Part shown: one piece after another, positions 39,567 to 51,182 of the stretch | Layout: the number at the start of each line of letters is the position of its first letter | Numbering within the stretch: the stretch's first letter is position 1 | Assembly: GCA_963820825.1 (NCBI GenBank) | Contig: CAWGBN010000002.1 | Coordinates: forward strand, 160,001 to 224,000 | Reading direction: 5' to 3' | DNA: 64,000 nt | DNA from: Vulcanimicrobiota bacterium | GTDB taxonomy: Bacteria > Vulcanimicrobiota > Vulcanimicrobiia > Vulcanimicrobiales > Vulcanimicrobiaceae | The notes under the pieces: generated by a model | What the model was told of the DNA's origin: nothing | Databases searched by the model: none | Seen by the model: only the letters and a program-made list of their open reading frames with translations | Position numbers and translations under genes: made by a program

Positions 39567-42407
39567 ATGAAGAATCCCGTGGAGCAGCTGCTCGACGCCG
39601 GGCAGAGCGTCTGGCTCGACAACGTTCGCCGCAGCATGTTCGCCTCGGGCGAGCTCGCGCGCTTGATCGAAACCGGTTTGCGCGGGATGACGAGCAATCC
39701 GACGATCTTCGAGAAGGCGATCGGCGCGGGCAGCGATTACGACGAACAGCTCTCGAGGCTCGTCGGCACCGAGAAGAATGCCGACGCGCTCTTCTGGGAT
39801 CTCGCGATCCAGGACATCCAAAGCGCCTGCGACGCCTTTGCCGCGCTCTACGCTTCGTCGGGCGGCAACGACGGTTTCGTCAGCCTCGAGGTCTCGCCGC
39901 TCCTGGCTAACGACACCGCGGGCACGATCGCCATGGTCGAAGAGCTCTGGAAGCGCGTCGATCGCCCCAACGTCATGATCAAGATTCCCGGCACCAAAGA
40001 GGGCTTGCCCGCGATCGAAGAATCGATCTACCACGGCTACAATATCAACGTGACGCTGATCTTCTCGACGGAGATGTACGAGAAGGCCGCACTCGCCTAC
40101 GTCAAGGGACTGAGCCGGCGCGCCGCCGAGGGCAAGCCGATCGATCGAATTCGTTCGGTGAATTCGGTCTTCGTCAGCCGCATCGATACCGCGATCGACA
40201 AGCTGCTTCAAGACCGGATCAACAAAGGCGAAAAACTCGAGCATCTGCTCGGCAAGGCGGGAATCGCCGGCCTCAAGCTCACCTATGAAAAGTTCAAAGA
40301 GATCTTCGGCGGTGACGAGTTCGCCCCGCTCAAGGCGAAAGGCGGAGCCGTGCAGCGACCCCTCTGGGCCTCGACCTCGACGAAGAATCCACACTATCCC
40401 GACCTAATGTACGTCGAGAGCGTCGTCGGCCGCGATACGGTCAATACGATGCCGCCGGTGACGCTCGATGCGCTGCTCGACCACGGTAAGATCGAAGCCG
40501 ATACCGTAGAGCAAGACCTGCGCGGCGCGGCCGACGTGATGCGCGCGCTGCAGGAGGCAAAGATCTCCTACTTCGACGTGACGCACGATCTGCAAAGAGA
40601 GGGCGTCCAGCTCTTCTCCGATTCTTTTGCGGCGCTGCTCGGCGCGATCGTCTACAAGCAGAAGCTGCTCGCGTCGGGAGGCGCGCAGCGCGTCAACCTC
40701 GCGCTCGGCGCTGCCAACGCTCACTACGAAGCGGCACTCGACAAGCTGGCCTCGGCCGATTTCCTCAAGCGTCTCTGGGCACACGACGCAACGCTTTGGT
40801 CGAGCGATTCCGATGCCGTCGCAATCATCAAGAAGGCTCTCGGGTGGCTCGACATTCAGCAGCACATGCTCGAAGAGGTCGCCGGCCTCAAAGCCTTCGC
40901 CGGCGAGGTGAAGGAGACGTTCGACTCGGCCGTCGTCTGCGGGATGGGCGGAAGCTCGCTCGCGCCCGACATTCTCGCCGACACCTTCGGTCCGATCTCG
41001 GGTTACCCGCGTCTCTTCGTCCTCGACTCCACCTCGCCGCAGCAGATCAAGGAGCTGGAGAGCAAGATCGAGATTCCCACCTCGCTCTTCATCATCTCGA
41101 GCAAGAGCGGAACGACGACCGAACCAAACGCCTTCTACGCCTACTTCTACGAGAAGGTTTCGAAGCAGGTCGGTGCTGCGGCCGCGGCCCGAAACTTCGT
41201 TGCGATCACCGATCCGGGAACCAAGCTCGACAAAGAGGCGAAGGAAGAATCGTTCCGCGCCGACTTCGAGAACGACCCGAACATCGGCGGCCGCTACTCC
41301 GCGCTCTCGTTCGTCGGCGTCGCACCCTCCGCGATCGCGGGATACGACATCAACCTGCTCCTCGACCGCGCGCTCGGCTCGATGCACGCCAACGATCGAA
41401 CCGTCGATCCGCGAAACGCTCCCGGCGTGCGCTTCGGTGCGGCGATCGGCGGCCTCGCGGTGAACGGCCGCGATAAGCTCACCATCGTCACGCATCCCGC
41501 CGTCAAGGCCTTCGGCGCCTGGGCCGAACAGCTCATCGCCGAATCGACCGGAAAACTCGGCAAAGGCATCGTGCCGATCGAAGGCGAGCCCCTCGGCACG
41601 CCCGGCGACTACTCCGACGACCGCACCTTCGTCTACGTCGGCGCAAACCTGCCGAATCCCGAGGCCGGCGTTGACGAGAAGCTGCGCGCGCTCGAGAGTG
41701 CCGGACATCCGGTTATTCGTCTCGACATGAACGACGCGTACGACGTCGGCGAGCAGTTCTACCTTTGGGAGATCGCCGTCGCGGCGGCCGGCGTCGTCCT
41801 CGGCATCAACGCCTTCGACCAGCCCAACGTTCAGGAGTCGAAGGATAATACCGTCGCGCTGCTCGCACAGTACGCACGCAACGGGAGCTTCGACGAACCG
41901 AAGACCGACGTCGAAGGGAGCGACTTCGACGTCACCTATCTCTCGGGCAGCCGCACGATCGCGGCCCAGAACCCCGTACAAGCACTCGCCGGGCTCTTCG
42001 CGCAGCTCGAGCCGCACGATTACAACGCGATCACCGCCTACATCGCGCGCAACGAAACGCACGCAAAGCTCCTGCAAGAGCTTCGTCTAAAGGTGCGCAA
42101 CGCGCACCGCGTCGCGACGACGGTTGGCTTCGGACCGCGCTTCTTGCACTCCACGGGGCAGCTCCATAAAGGCGGCCCCGGGACGTGCGTCGTTCTGCAA
42201 ATCACCGCCGACGATCCCGACGACCCGATGATCCCGGGAATGAACGTCGGCTTCCGCACGCTGCTCGCGGCGCAGGCGCTCGGCGATTGGATGTCGCTGG
42301 ACAAACGTAATCGGCGCGGCGTGCGCGTGCACCTCAGGGGTGGAGTCGAGCCGGCGCTGCGCGCGCTCGTCGCCGCCGTCGACGAGGCGTTATCGGTACG
42401 AACGTGA
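39567..42407 (+). CDS. Bifunctional transaldolase / glucose-6-phosphate isomerase
   Basis: GQSVWLD, TSNPTIF, VMIKIP, RPLWAST (Tal); GMGGSSL, SKSGTT, GGRYS, EQLIAESTGK, FDQPNV (Pgi). Confidence 0.95.
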   Translation: MKNPVEQLLDAGQSVWLDNVRRSMFASGELARLIETGLRGMTSNPTIFEKAIGAGSDYDEQLSRLVGTEKNADALFWDLAIQDIQSACDAFAALYASSGGNDGFVSLEVSPLLANDTAGTIAMVEELWKRVDRPNVMIKIPGTKEGLPAIEESIYHGYNINVTLIFSTEMYEKAALAYVKGLSRRAAEGKPIDRIRSVNSVFVSRIDTAIDKLLQDRINKGEKLEHLLGKAGIAGLKLTYEKFKEIFGGDEFAPLKAKGGAVQRPLWASTSTKNPHYPDLMYVESVVGRDTVNTMPPVTLDALLDHGKIEADTVEQDLRGAADVMRALQEAKISYFDVTHDLQREGVQLFSDSFAALLGAIVYKQKLLASGGAQRVNLALGAANAHYEAALDKLASADFLKRLWAHDATLWSSDSDAVAIIKKALGWLDIQQHMLEEVAGLKAFAGEVKETFDSAVVCGMGGSSLAPDILADTFGPISGYPRLFVLDSTSPQQIKELESKIEIPTSLFIISSKSGTTTEPNAFYAYFYEKVSKQVGAAAAARNFVAITDPGTKLDKEAKEESFRADFENDPNIGGRYSALSFVGVAPSAIAGYDINLLLDRALGSMHANDRTVDPRNAPGVRFGAAIGGLAVNGRDKLTIVTHPAVKAFGAWAEQLIAESTGKLGKGIVPIEGEPLGTPGDYSDDRTFVYVGANLPNPEAGVDEKLRALESAGHPVIRLDMNDAYDVGEQFYLWEIAVAAAGVVLGINAFDQPNVQESKDNTVALLAQYARNGSFDEPKTDVEGSDFDVTYLSGSRTIAAQNPVQALAGLFAQLEPHDYNAITAYIARNETHAKLLQELRLKVRNAHRVATTVGFGPRFLHSTGQLHKGGPGTCVVLQITADDPDDPMIPGMNVGFRTLLAAQALGDWMSLDKRNRRGVRVHLRGGVEPALRALVAAVDEALSVRT

Positions 42408-42425
42408 ACCGGCTCCGGCGGGCGC

Positions 42426-43981
<1,556 letters not shown>

Positions 43982-43985
<4 letters not shown>

Positions 43986-44947
43986 GCCTCGACATCGCAT
44001 CGGTACAGGATCAGCTCGCCGAATCGTACCGCGATCGCGGCTGCGACGCGAACGTGGCGACGATGACGATCGTCGTCTTCTTCGAGAATCCGGCGATCGG
44101 CGAACTCGCCCGCGAGCGCATTCACCGGCTCGCCGCGAAGCATCCCTCGCGCGTGATGGTTCTCGACGCGACCGCACCGAACAGCGTGCACCGCGTCGAC
44201 GGCTGCGACTGGATCGAGCTCGGCGCACGCGAGAGCGGGCCGGAGATGCTGCGCGCGGCGGTGGGCGCGCTGCGCGTTCCGGAGGCGCCGGTCGTCCTCT
44301 TATGGATCGCTCCCGGCATGGAGAGCGACCCGCGTTTCGAGAGTCTATGTGACGACGCGCAGACGATCGTCTACAACACCTCGCTGCTCGATACCGGACG
44401 CGGCGCGCTGAGCGAGTTGGTTCGCTACGTCGAGGATCATCCGCAACTCCCCATCGCCGACCTCGCCTATCTGCGGCTCGCGCCGTGGCAAGAGTCCGTC
44501 GCCATCTTCTTCGACGGCGCGGCAGCCGGCGATCTGCGCGATCTGCGGCGCGTCGAGATCGCGTGCGGCTCGGAGCCGGAGGCGCTCTATCTGCTCGGGT
44601 GGCTTGCAAGCCGCCTCGAATGGAGACCGAGCGCACCCGATGCGCTGGTCGACTCGCGCGGTAATCGCATCGACTTTTCAATCGCGCGCCAGGGCGAACC
44701 GCGGCGCATCGCGCGGATTGCGTTGAGTTCGTCGCATTCGACCTTCGTCGCCGAGGTCGACCGGAATCAAGAGACGATTCTACTGAGCGTGAGCGGTTCG
44801 CGCGAGCACGGTCCACGCTATCGAGCGATCGAGAACCCGGGAGTCGCCGCGCTGGTAGAACGCGCGATTCTCTGGGGTGGGAACGATCGGCTCTTTGAGG
44901 CGGCGCTCGCGGCCGCCGGGAAGATTATCGCGCAGGGAGAGGGATAA
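43982..44947 (+). CDS. opcA: G6PDH assembly protein OpcA
   Basis: HPSRV, PVVLLW, ADLAYLRLAPWQ, LLGWLASRL; immediately after zwf. Confidence 0.82.
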
Positions 44948-44949
44948 TC

Positions 44950-45693
44950 GTGCAAGGCCGAGGTGAGCTGCAAATCTGCCGGGACTCGCAGGCGCTCGCG
45001 CGCGCGCTGGCCGATCTCTTCGTCTCGACGGGGCGAATGGCGGCGGCCGAGCGCGGCTCGTTCCACGTCGCACTCTCCGGGGGCGAAACGCCGCGAGCCG
45101 CCTACGACCTCTTGGCCACCGAACCGTTGCGCGAGGAGCTCTCGTGGAGCGACGTCTTCGTCTATTTCGGCGACGAGCGCTGCGTGCCGCCGGATGACGA
45201 GCAATCGAACTACCGAATGGCGCGACGAGCCTTTCTCGACGCGGTCGGTATTCCGCCGGCCAACGTCCACCGCATTCGCGGCGAGACCGATCCGGGACTG
45301 GCGGCAAACGAGTACGCCTCGATCCTGCGCGCCGATCTCGGCGACACGCCGAAGTTCGACCTCGTGATGCTCGGCCTCGGGCCGGACGGCCATACGGCCT
45401 CGCTCTTTCCCGGAACGCCGCCCGATACCGATGAGGACGCACTCGTGCGCGCGGTCTACGCGCAATCGCAGATGATGTGGCGCGTTACGGTGACGCCCAA
45501 AGTGATCAACGCGGCGCGGACGGTCGTCTTCGCGGTAGAAGGCACCGAAAAGGCGTCGATCTTTGCGACGGTCTACGAAGGAGCCTACGATCCCGTCCGC
45601 TATCCGGCGCAGATCGTCGAGCCGCGCTCCGGCCGTCTCGTCTGGCTCGTCGACCGGCTCGCGGCCGGCATGCTGAGTGACAAAACGCGCTGA
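44950..45693 (+). CDS. pgl: 6-phosphogluconolactonase
   Basis: ALSGGETP, FGDERCVPPD, SNY, LGLGPDGHTASLFP. Confidence 0.96.
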   Translation: MQGRGELQICRDSQALARALADLFVSTGRMAAAERGSFHVALSGGETPRAAYDLLATEPLREELSWSDVFVYFGDERCVPPDDEQSNYRMARRAFLDAVGIPPANVHRIRGETDPGLAANEYASILRADLGDTPKFDLVMLGLGPDGHTASLFPGTPPDTDEDALVRAVYAQSQMMWRVTVTPKVINAARTVVFAVEGTEKASIFATVYEGAYDPVRYPAQIVEPRSGRLVWLVDRLAAGMLSDKTR

Positions 45694-46437
45694 AGCGAAT
45701 CATCATTACCGCCGACGACTTCGGAGCCGCGCCCGAAGTCAACGAAGCCGTCGAGCGGGCCTACCGGGACGGCATCTTGCGCGCGACGCCTTATGGTTGC
45801 AGCCCCAGCCGCCGCCGACGCGATCGAGCGAGCGCGGCGCATGCCCGGCCTTGCCGTCGGACTGCACGTCGTACTCGTTCACGGACGTCCGGTGCTGCCC
45901 CCGGAACGCGTCCCCGATTTGGTCGACGACCGAGGTAAGTTCCTCACCGACTTGGCCGGCGCGGGCGTGCGGTTCTTCTTCCGCCCCGGCGCACGCGCCC
46001 AGCTCGCCGCGGAGATTCGCGCGCAGTTCGAGCGCTTTGCGCGAAGCGGCTTGACCCTCGATCACGCCGACGCACAAGCGCACATGCACGTCCATCCGAC
46101 GGTCTTTTCGCTGCTCGTCCGAATCGGGCGCGAATACGGTCTGCGCGCCGTGCGAATTCCGCTCGAGCCCTTCGGCGGGACGCGCACGATCGCTCCATGG
46201 CTTGCGCTGATGCGCGCTCGGGCGCGGCGTGCAGGGCTCGTCTCCAACGATTACGCCTTCGGCGTAAACGAAGCGGGAGCGTTCACCGAAGCGTTCGCCG
46301 GCGCCGATCTTGGAACCGAAAACTTCGCTTGGACGCAAGAGCTCGCCGCGCTGACGAGTTCACGTGTGCGCGAAGCGATCGAGCGCAGCGGCGCATTCAG
46401 CGTCACCTACGGCGAGCTTGCCGCTGCTGCGCGATGA
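45690..46437 (+). pseudogene. hpnK: Hopanoid-associated HpnK (ChbG/YdjC deacetylase family); frameshift ~45790 and apparent internal deletion
   Basis: (CTG)KRIIITADDFG...RDGILRAT then MV...VGLHVVL...DHADAQAHMHVHP; conserved ExxxHP segment absent. Confidence 0.75.
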
Positions 46438-47489
46438 GCGCCGCCCTGAGTCTCGCACTCTTTGCCGTCGCCTGCGCGGGTGCGGCCTACCTGGCGCTGG
46501 CGAATCTGCGCCTCGCGCTCTTCGCTCGGCGCCCGGCGGAACGGGCGACCGAGTTTCTGCCGAGCATTACCATTCTCAAACCGATCGCCGGACTTGAGCC
46601 CGGCCTCTATGAGAATCTGCGCTCGTGCTGCGATCAGGATTACGACGCGCCCTACGAGATCGTCTTCGCGCTGCACGCCGGCGACGATCCGGCGCTCGCC
46701 GTCGTCGAGCGCCTCGCCGCCGAGTTTTCCGATCGCACGCGCATCGCCATCGGCGAGAATTTCGCGATGCACAATCCGAAGGTCGCGAACCTGGCCAAGC
46801 CGGGCGTTGCGCCGTACGGCGAGATCGTCGTCATCGCCGACAGCGACGTCCGTTGCGACCGCCGGTACTTACGAGCAATTGTGTCCGCATTTGCCTCCGA
46901 AGACGTCGGAGCAACGACCTGTCTCTATGCCGGGATTCCGAATGCGAGCACGATCTCGCGACTCGGCGCTATGCAGATCGAAGAGCTCTTCATTCCCTGG
47001 GTCTTGGTTGGGCTCGCATTTGGACCGTTGCGCTTCTGTCTCGGCGCCACGATGGCCGTTCGCCGCAGCCTGCTCGAGGCGATCGGCGGACTCGAAGAAT
47101 CCGTCGAGCTCTCGCGTTACGTCGTGCGCACGCTCGTTCCGGAGAAGAGGCTGGAACTCTGGCCGCACGAACTGCGCTGGGCGCGCACCAACCTCGCGCT
47201 CGCGCCGGTGCAGTACACGTTCTCGTTTCTCATGTATGCCGTGCCGCTCGCGATTCTCTATCTCGCGGTCTCACGCAATCTCGTCTGGGGATTGCCGCTC
47301 CTGGCGATCGTAGCCGGGCTTCGTCTCGGGTTGCATTACCTCGCGCGCGGGGCGCTACGCACCGATCGCCGCGGCAATGCCCTATTGATCCTGCCGCGCG
47401 ATCTGCTCAGTATCGCGGTCTGGTCTGCGAGCCTCTTCGGGCGCCGCGTTCGCTGGCGCGATCGAACCTATACCGCGGCATCAGGATGA
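46434..47489 (+). CDS. hpnI: Hopanoid glycosyltransferase HpnI (ceramide glucosyltransferase-like GT2), apparently lacking the LADD segment
   Basis: ILKPIAGLE, NPKVANL, IADSDV, LGATMA, HELRWART. Confidence 0.8.
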   Translation: MSAALSLALFAVACAGAAYLALANLRLALFARRPAERATEFLPSITILKPIAGLEPGLYENLRSCCDQDYDAPYEIVFALHAGDDPALAVVERLAAEFSDRTRIAIGENFAMHNPKVANLAKPGVAPYGEIVVIADSDVRCDRRYLRAIVSAFASEDVGATTCLYAGIPNASTISRLGAMQIEELFIPWVLVGLAFGPLRFCLGATMAVRRSLLEAIGGLEESVELSRYVVRTLVPEKRLELWPHELRWARTNLALAPVQYTFSFLMYAVPLAILYLAVSRNLVWGLPLLAIVAGLRLGLHYLARGALRTDRRGNALLILPRDLLSIAVWSASLFGRRVRWRDRTYTAASG

Positions 47490-49343
47490 ACGCCGCGGCG
47501 CGGGTGACGGCGTGACGAGCGCCTTCGAGCCGATCGCCTGAGGATTCACGCCGTTGTCGGTGAGGATCGTACCCTCTACGCGCTGCAGCTCGACGACGGC
47601 CTTGTTGAGATCGGTCTGGGCCTGAAGCTCGCGTCCGCGCGCCGCCGCCAGCTCGACTTGACGCTGCAAGACTAAGAAGGTCGTCGACGCACCGTTGTGA
47701 AAGCGCCGGACTTCGCTTGCGTAGACCGACTCGGCAGCCGCGCGCGCCTGACTCGCCGCCGAAAGGCGCGAGAGTGCCGATTGATAGGTCTGCAGCGCGT
47801 TGCGCGCCTCGGTCTCGATGCGCTGGTCGAGTGATTGGCGCTCGATCGCCGCCTGATCTTCTTCTTGATCGGCGATCTCCTTGAGCCCGCGCGCGGTATT
47901 GTTCTCGAGCGGAAAGTTTACGACTAGCGCGATGTTGAACTCGGGATAGGCCGCCGTCCACATATTGTGAAAGGCCTTCGTCGCGTTGCCTTGGGACTGT
48001 GGCGGCGGCGTCGGACAACTCAGGGTGGGCAGGTTACAACCCTCGGCCTCGAAGTTCGGAACGGGTTGCAACAGCCCCGCGAAACCGTTGCTCATATACT
48101 GCACGACCAGATCGGCCTGCGGCAGCCCCTGATTCTTCGCATAGACTCTGTCGACGTCGGCGGCGCGCCGTTGATCGACGACTTGCCGCACCTCCGGACG
48201 CTCGAGCTCGGCTTGCGCAACGATCGCGTCGAGCTCGCCGGGGTTGGGGAGCTCCTGAACGGGCGATGAGGGCACGAGATTCGCGCTCCAAATCGGATCG
48301 CCGGCATCGGAGACGATCAAGCTCTTGAGTTGCGTCTGCAGCTGCGAAACGGTCTGCAGCGCGGAGAAGAGCTGATTTTGAAAGTTCGCGACCTGCGTCT
48401 GCGTCTCGACGACGGTAACGGGAGGCACAACGCCGCCCTTTGCGAGCCGCTCGACGCTCTGCTCCTGCTCGACCGCCTGTTTGAGCGCGTCTTCTTGGAT
48501 TGCGACGTTGCGCCAAGCCGCGACGAGATTCCAATACGAATCCTCGACCTGGGCGATCGTGCTCGAAGCATCGACGAGCGTCTGGGCTTGGTTCGAGTCG
48601 GCATCGATGATCGCAAGCTTGAGTTGATGCTTGACCGCGTTCATGCCGGAATTCTTGAGCAGCGGCTGCGTCACCGATAGGTTCAGCGAGGCCAAATAGT
48701 AGGGGTTGAAGTCATTGATGATCAGGTTGTTGTAGGTTCGGGTCTGGGTGATGCTCGCCGCGTACTGCAGGCCGTTGACGCTCTGTCCGGTGATGCCGGA
48801 TTGAAACGAGTACTGGTGCTGGATGATGTAGCCGGGCCCGGTCGTCGAACACGGAGCGGGAGTTCCAAAGAACGGCTGGCAGGTATATCCATATCCGCCG
48901 ACCCCGGGGCCGGCAAAGAAGAGATTCTGCGGCGGCAGCACCGAGAAATTCGACGACGGCTCGACCTGGAGCTGCACGTCGAAGTTCGATTTGGCTTCGA
49001 CCACGCGGTAGTGCGCGATCCGTACGTTCGAGGCCGAGACGGCCAAGTTCGGATTGCGCAGCAGCGCCATACCCACCGCATCTTGCAGCGAGATGCCGAC
49101 GAAGGGACTCTGCGTGACGCCGACGATCCCCGGGCTACTCGGCTCGACCTCGGGCGCGCGGTAGCCGGGAGCGACGCTCGGCGGAATCGCGAGACGCGGC
49201 GACGGTATCTCCGTCGGCAGCAGAGCGCGCTGCGGCAGTTCGTCGCCGGACTGCGCCGACGTCCGCTCGAACGGAACGACGGCTAGGATGAGAGCCGCTC
49301 CGGCGACGACCACCGAGAACGCGCGCGTTCTGAGCTTCCGCAT
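47481..49343 (-). CDS. TolC-family outer membrane factor, paralogue 3
   Basis: Signal peptide; ISLQDAVGMAL..NPNL, VTQPLLKN, RPEVRQ, GASTTFLVLQRQ. Confidence 0.92.
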   Translation of the reverse strand: MRKLRTRAFSVVVAGAALILAVVPFERTSAQSGDELPQRALLPTEIPSPRLAIPPSVAPGYRAPEVEPSSPGIVGVTQSPFVGISLQDAVGMALLRNPNLAVSASNVRIAHYRVVEAKSNFDVQLQVEPSSNFSVLPPQNLFFAGPGVGGYGYTCQPFFGTPAPCSTTGPGYIIQHQYSFQSGITGQSVNGLQYAASITQTRTYNNLIINDFNPYYLASLNLSVTQPLLKNSGMNAVKHQLKLAIIDADSNQAQTLVDASSTIAQVEDSYWNLVAAWRNVAIQEDALKQAVEQEQSVERLAKGGVVPPVTVVETQTQVANFQNQLFSALQTVSQLQTQLKSLIVSDAGDPIWSANLVPSSPVQELPNPGELDAIVAQAELERPEVRQVVDQRRAADVDRVYAKNQGLPQADLVVQYMSNGFAGLLQPVPNFEAEGCNLPTLSCPTPPPQSQGNATKAFHNMWTAAYPEFNIALVVNFPLENNTARGLKEIADQEEDQAAIERQSLDQRIETEARNALQTYQSALSRLSAASQARAAAESVYASEVRRFHNGASTTFLVLQRQVELAAARGRELQAQTDLNKAVVELQRVEGTILTDNGVNPQAIGSKALVTPSPAPRRSS

Positions 49344-49346
49344 CGG

Positions 49347-51182
49347 CTAGTGCGCCAGCGCCTGGGCCCCGAGCGTTTGAACGTTCACGCCGTTCGCGGT
49401 CAGGATCGTACCTTGAACGCGCTGCAGCTCGACGATCGACTGATCTAGCTGCGTCTGCGCCTGCAGTTCGAGTCCGCGCGCCTGCTCGAGCTGCACTTGA
49501 CGCTTCAGCACGAGATACGTGGTCGATTCGCCGCGATGAAACTGACGGACTTCGCTTGCGTAGACCGCTTCGGCGGCGGCGCGCGAGCGGCGCGCCGCGG
49601 TGAGCTTCGAGAGTGCGGTCCTATACGACTGAAGCGCGTTGCGAGCCTCGGCGGCAATTCGCTCCTGCACGCCCTGCATCAAAACCGCGGCTTGCGTCGA
49701 CTCCTCGCTCGCGACGCCGCGCATCCCACGCGCAAGGCTTCCTTGAATCGGGTAGCCGACGACCAGCGCGAAGTTGAACGCCGGAAAGTATCCGGCCCAC
49801 ATGTTGTGATACGCGTAGGGCATCGAGCCTTGCGTGTTCGGCGGCGGGGTCGGACACGAGTAGAGCTTGTTGACGGCATAGCACTCGTTGAGCAGAAACG
49901 TCGGCACCGGCGCGAGGATCCCGGCGAAACCGTTGCTCAGGTATTGAACCTGGACGTCGGCTTGCGGCAGCGATTGATTTGCGGCAAAGGCTCGATCGAT
50001 ATCGGCCGCAAGCCGCTTATCCTCGGCTTGACGGACCTCGGGGCGATCCCGTTGCCCCTCGGCGACAATCTGCGCCAAATCGCCGACGCTCGGAAGCTGC
50101 TGCACCGACGTCGACGGCACGAGATTCGCGGTCCAGATCGGATCGCCGGGATCGGCGACCACGAGCGTCTTGAGCTGCACCTGAAGCTGCGCGACGGTCT
50201 GCAGCGCCGAATAGACGTTGTCTTGAAAGTTCGAGACCTGCGTCTGCGACTCGACCGCATCGATCGGAGCGGACGCGCCGCGCCGGGCGAGACGAACGTT
50301 GCTCCGCTGCTGCGCGATCGCTTCTTGTAGCGCCTCCTCTTGGATCGCGACGTTGCGCCAAGCGGCGACGAGGTTCCAATAGGCGTCTTCGACCTGCGAG
50401 AGCGTGTTCGAGGCATCGATGAGCGCCTGTGCCGCACGAGCGTCTTCGTTAACGAAGGCGAGCTTGAGCTGGCGTTTGCCGGCGTTCATCCCGGCATTCT
50501 TGAGCAGCGGCTGCGTCACCGCGAGATTCAGCGTGGCGACGTAGTACGGGTTGAACGCGTTGAAGACCGTGTTGTTGTAGGTGCGCATCTGCTGGATGCC
50601 CGCCTGATACGTCATGCCGTTCTCGGTCTGTCCGCCGACGCCGTACTGAAACGTGGATTGATGCTGGATGATGTTACCGGGTCCGCTGGTGTAGATCGGC
50701 CCAGGAGTCGCCGGACCCGTCGTATACCTGCCGATCGGACCTGGGCCGGCCTCAAACGCATTCTGCGGCGGCTGCACCGAGAAACTCGAGGAGGGTTTGA
50801 GCTGAAGCTGCAGATCGTACTGCCCCTTGGTCGCGACGATCGTATAGTGTGCGATCCGGACGTTCGAGGCGGATACCGCCAGATTCGGATTCTTGAGCAG
50901 CGCCATCGCGATGGCATCTTGAAGCGCGATACCGACAAACGGCTGCGCGGTGACGCCGACAATCTGCGCCGCGCTCGGTGCGACTTCCGGTGCGCGGTAG
51001 CCGGGCGCGACGCTCGGCACGACCGGAAAGTTCGGCGAGGGAATCGCCGTCGGCAACGTCGCGCGCGACGGAAGCGGCTCGAGCTGAGCCGAGGTCGGCG
51101 CTACCGGCAATGCGGCGAGCACGACGGCGGCGATCGCAATGCCCGCAGGAATCAGCCGGGCCTTGACCTGCATGAATCTCAA
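49347..51182 (-). CDS. TolC-family outer membrane factor, paralogue 2
   Basis: Same motifs; TTGA overlap with paralogue 1 (alternative ATG 51173). Confidence 0.92.
   Translation of the reverse strand: MRFMQVKARLIPAGIAIAAVVLAALPVAPTSAQLEPLPSRATLPTAIPSPNFPVVPSVAPGYRAPEVAPSAAQIVGVTAQPFVGIALQDAIAMALLKNPNLAVSASNVRIAHYTIVATKGQYDLQLQLKPSSSFSVQPPQNAFEAGPGPIGRYTTGPATPGPIYTSGPGNIIQHQSTFQYGVGGQTENGMTYQAGIQQMRTYNNTVFNAFNPYYVATLNLAVTQPLLKNAGMNAGKRQLKLAFVNEDARAAQALIDASNTLSQVEDAYWNLVAAWRNVAIQEEALQEAIAQQRSNVRLARRGASAPIDAVESQTQVSNFQDNVYSALQTVAQLQVQLKTLVVADPGDPIWTANLVPSTSVQQLPSVGDLAQIVAEGQRDRPEVRQAEDKRLAADIDRAFAANQSLPQADVQVQYLSNGFAGILAPVPTFLLNECYAVNKLYSCPTPPPNTQGSMPYAYHNMWAGYFPAFNFALVVGYPIQGSLARGMRGVASEESTQAAVLMQGVQERIAAEARNALQSYRTALSKLTAARRSRAAAEAVYASEVRQFHRGESTTYLVLKRQVQLEQARGLELQAQTQLDQSIVELQRVQGTILTANGVNVQTLGAQALAH

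Noticed and set aside
31997..42077. Long antisense or alternative-frame ORFs (e.g. 31997-33448, 37846-39501, 40404-42077)
   Set aside because: Shadow ORFs expected in high-GC DNA opposite well-supported genes; no motifs
39567..42407. Transaldolase-phosphoglucose isomerase fusion as a novelty
   Set aside because: Known bifunctional architecture in pentose phosphate clusters
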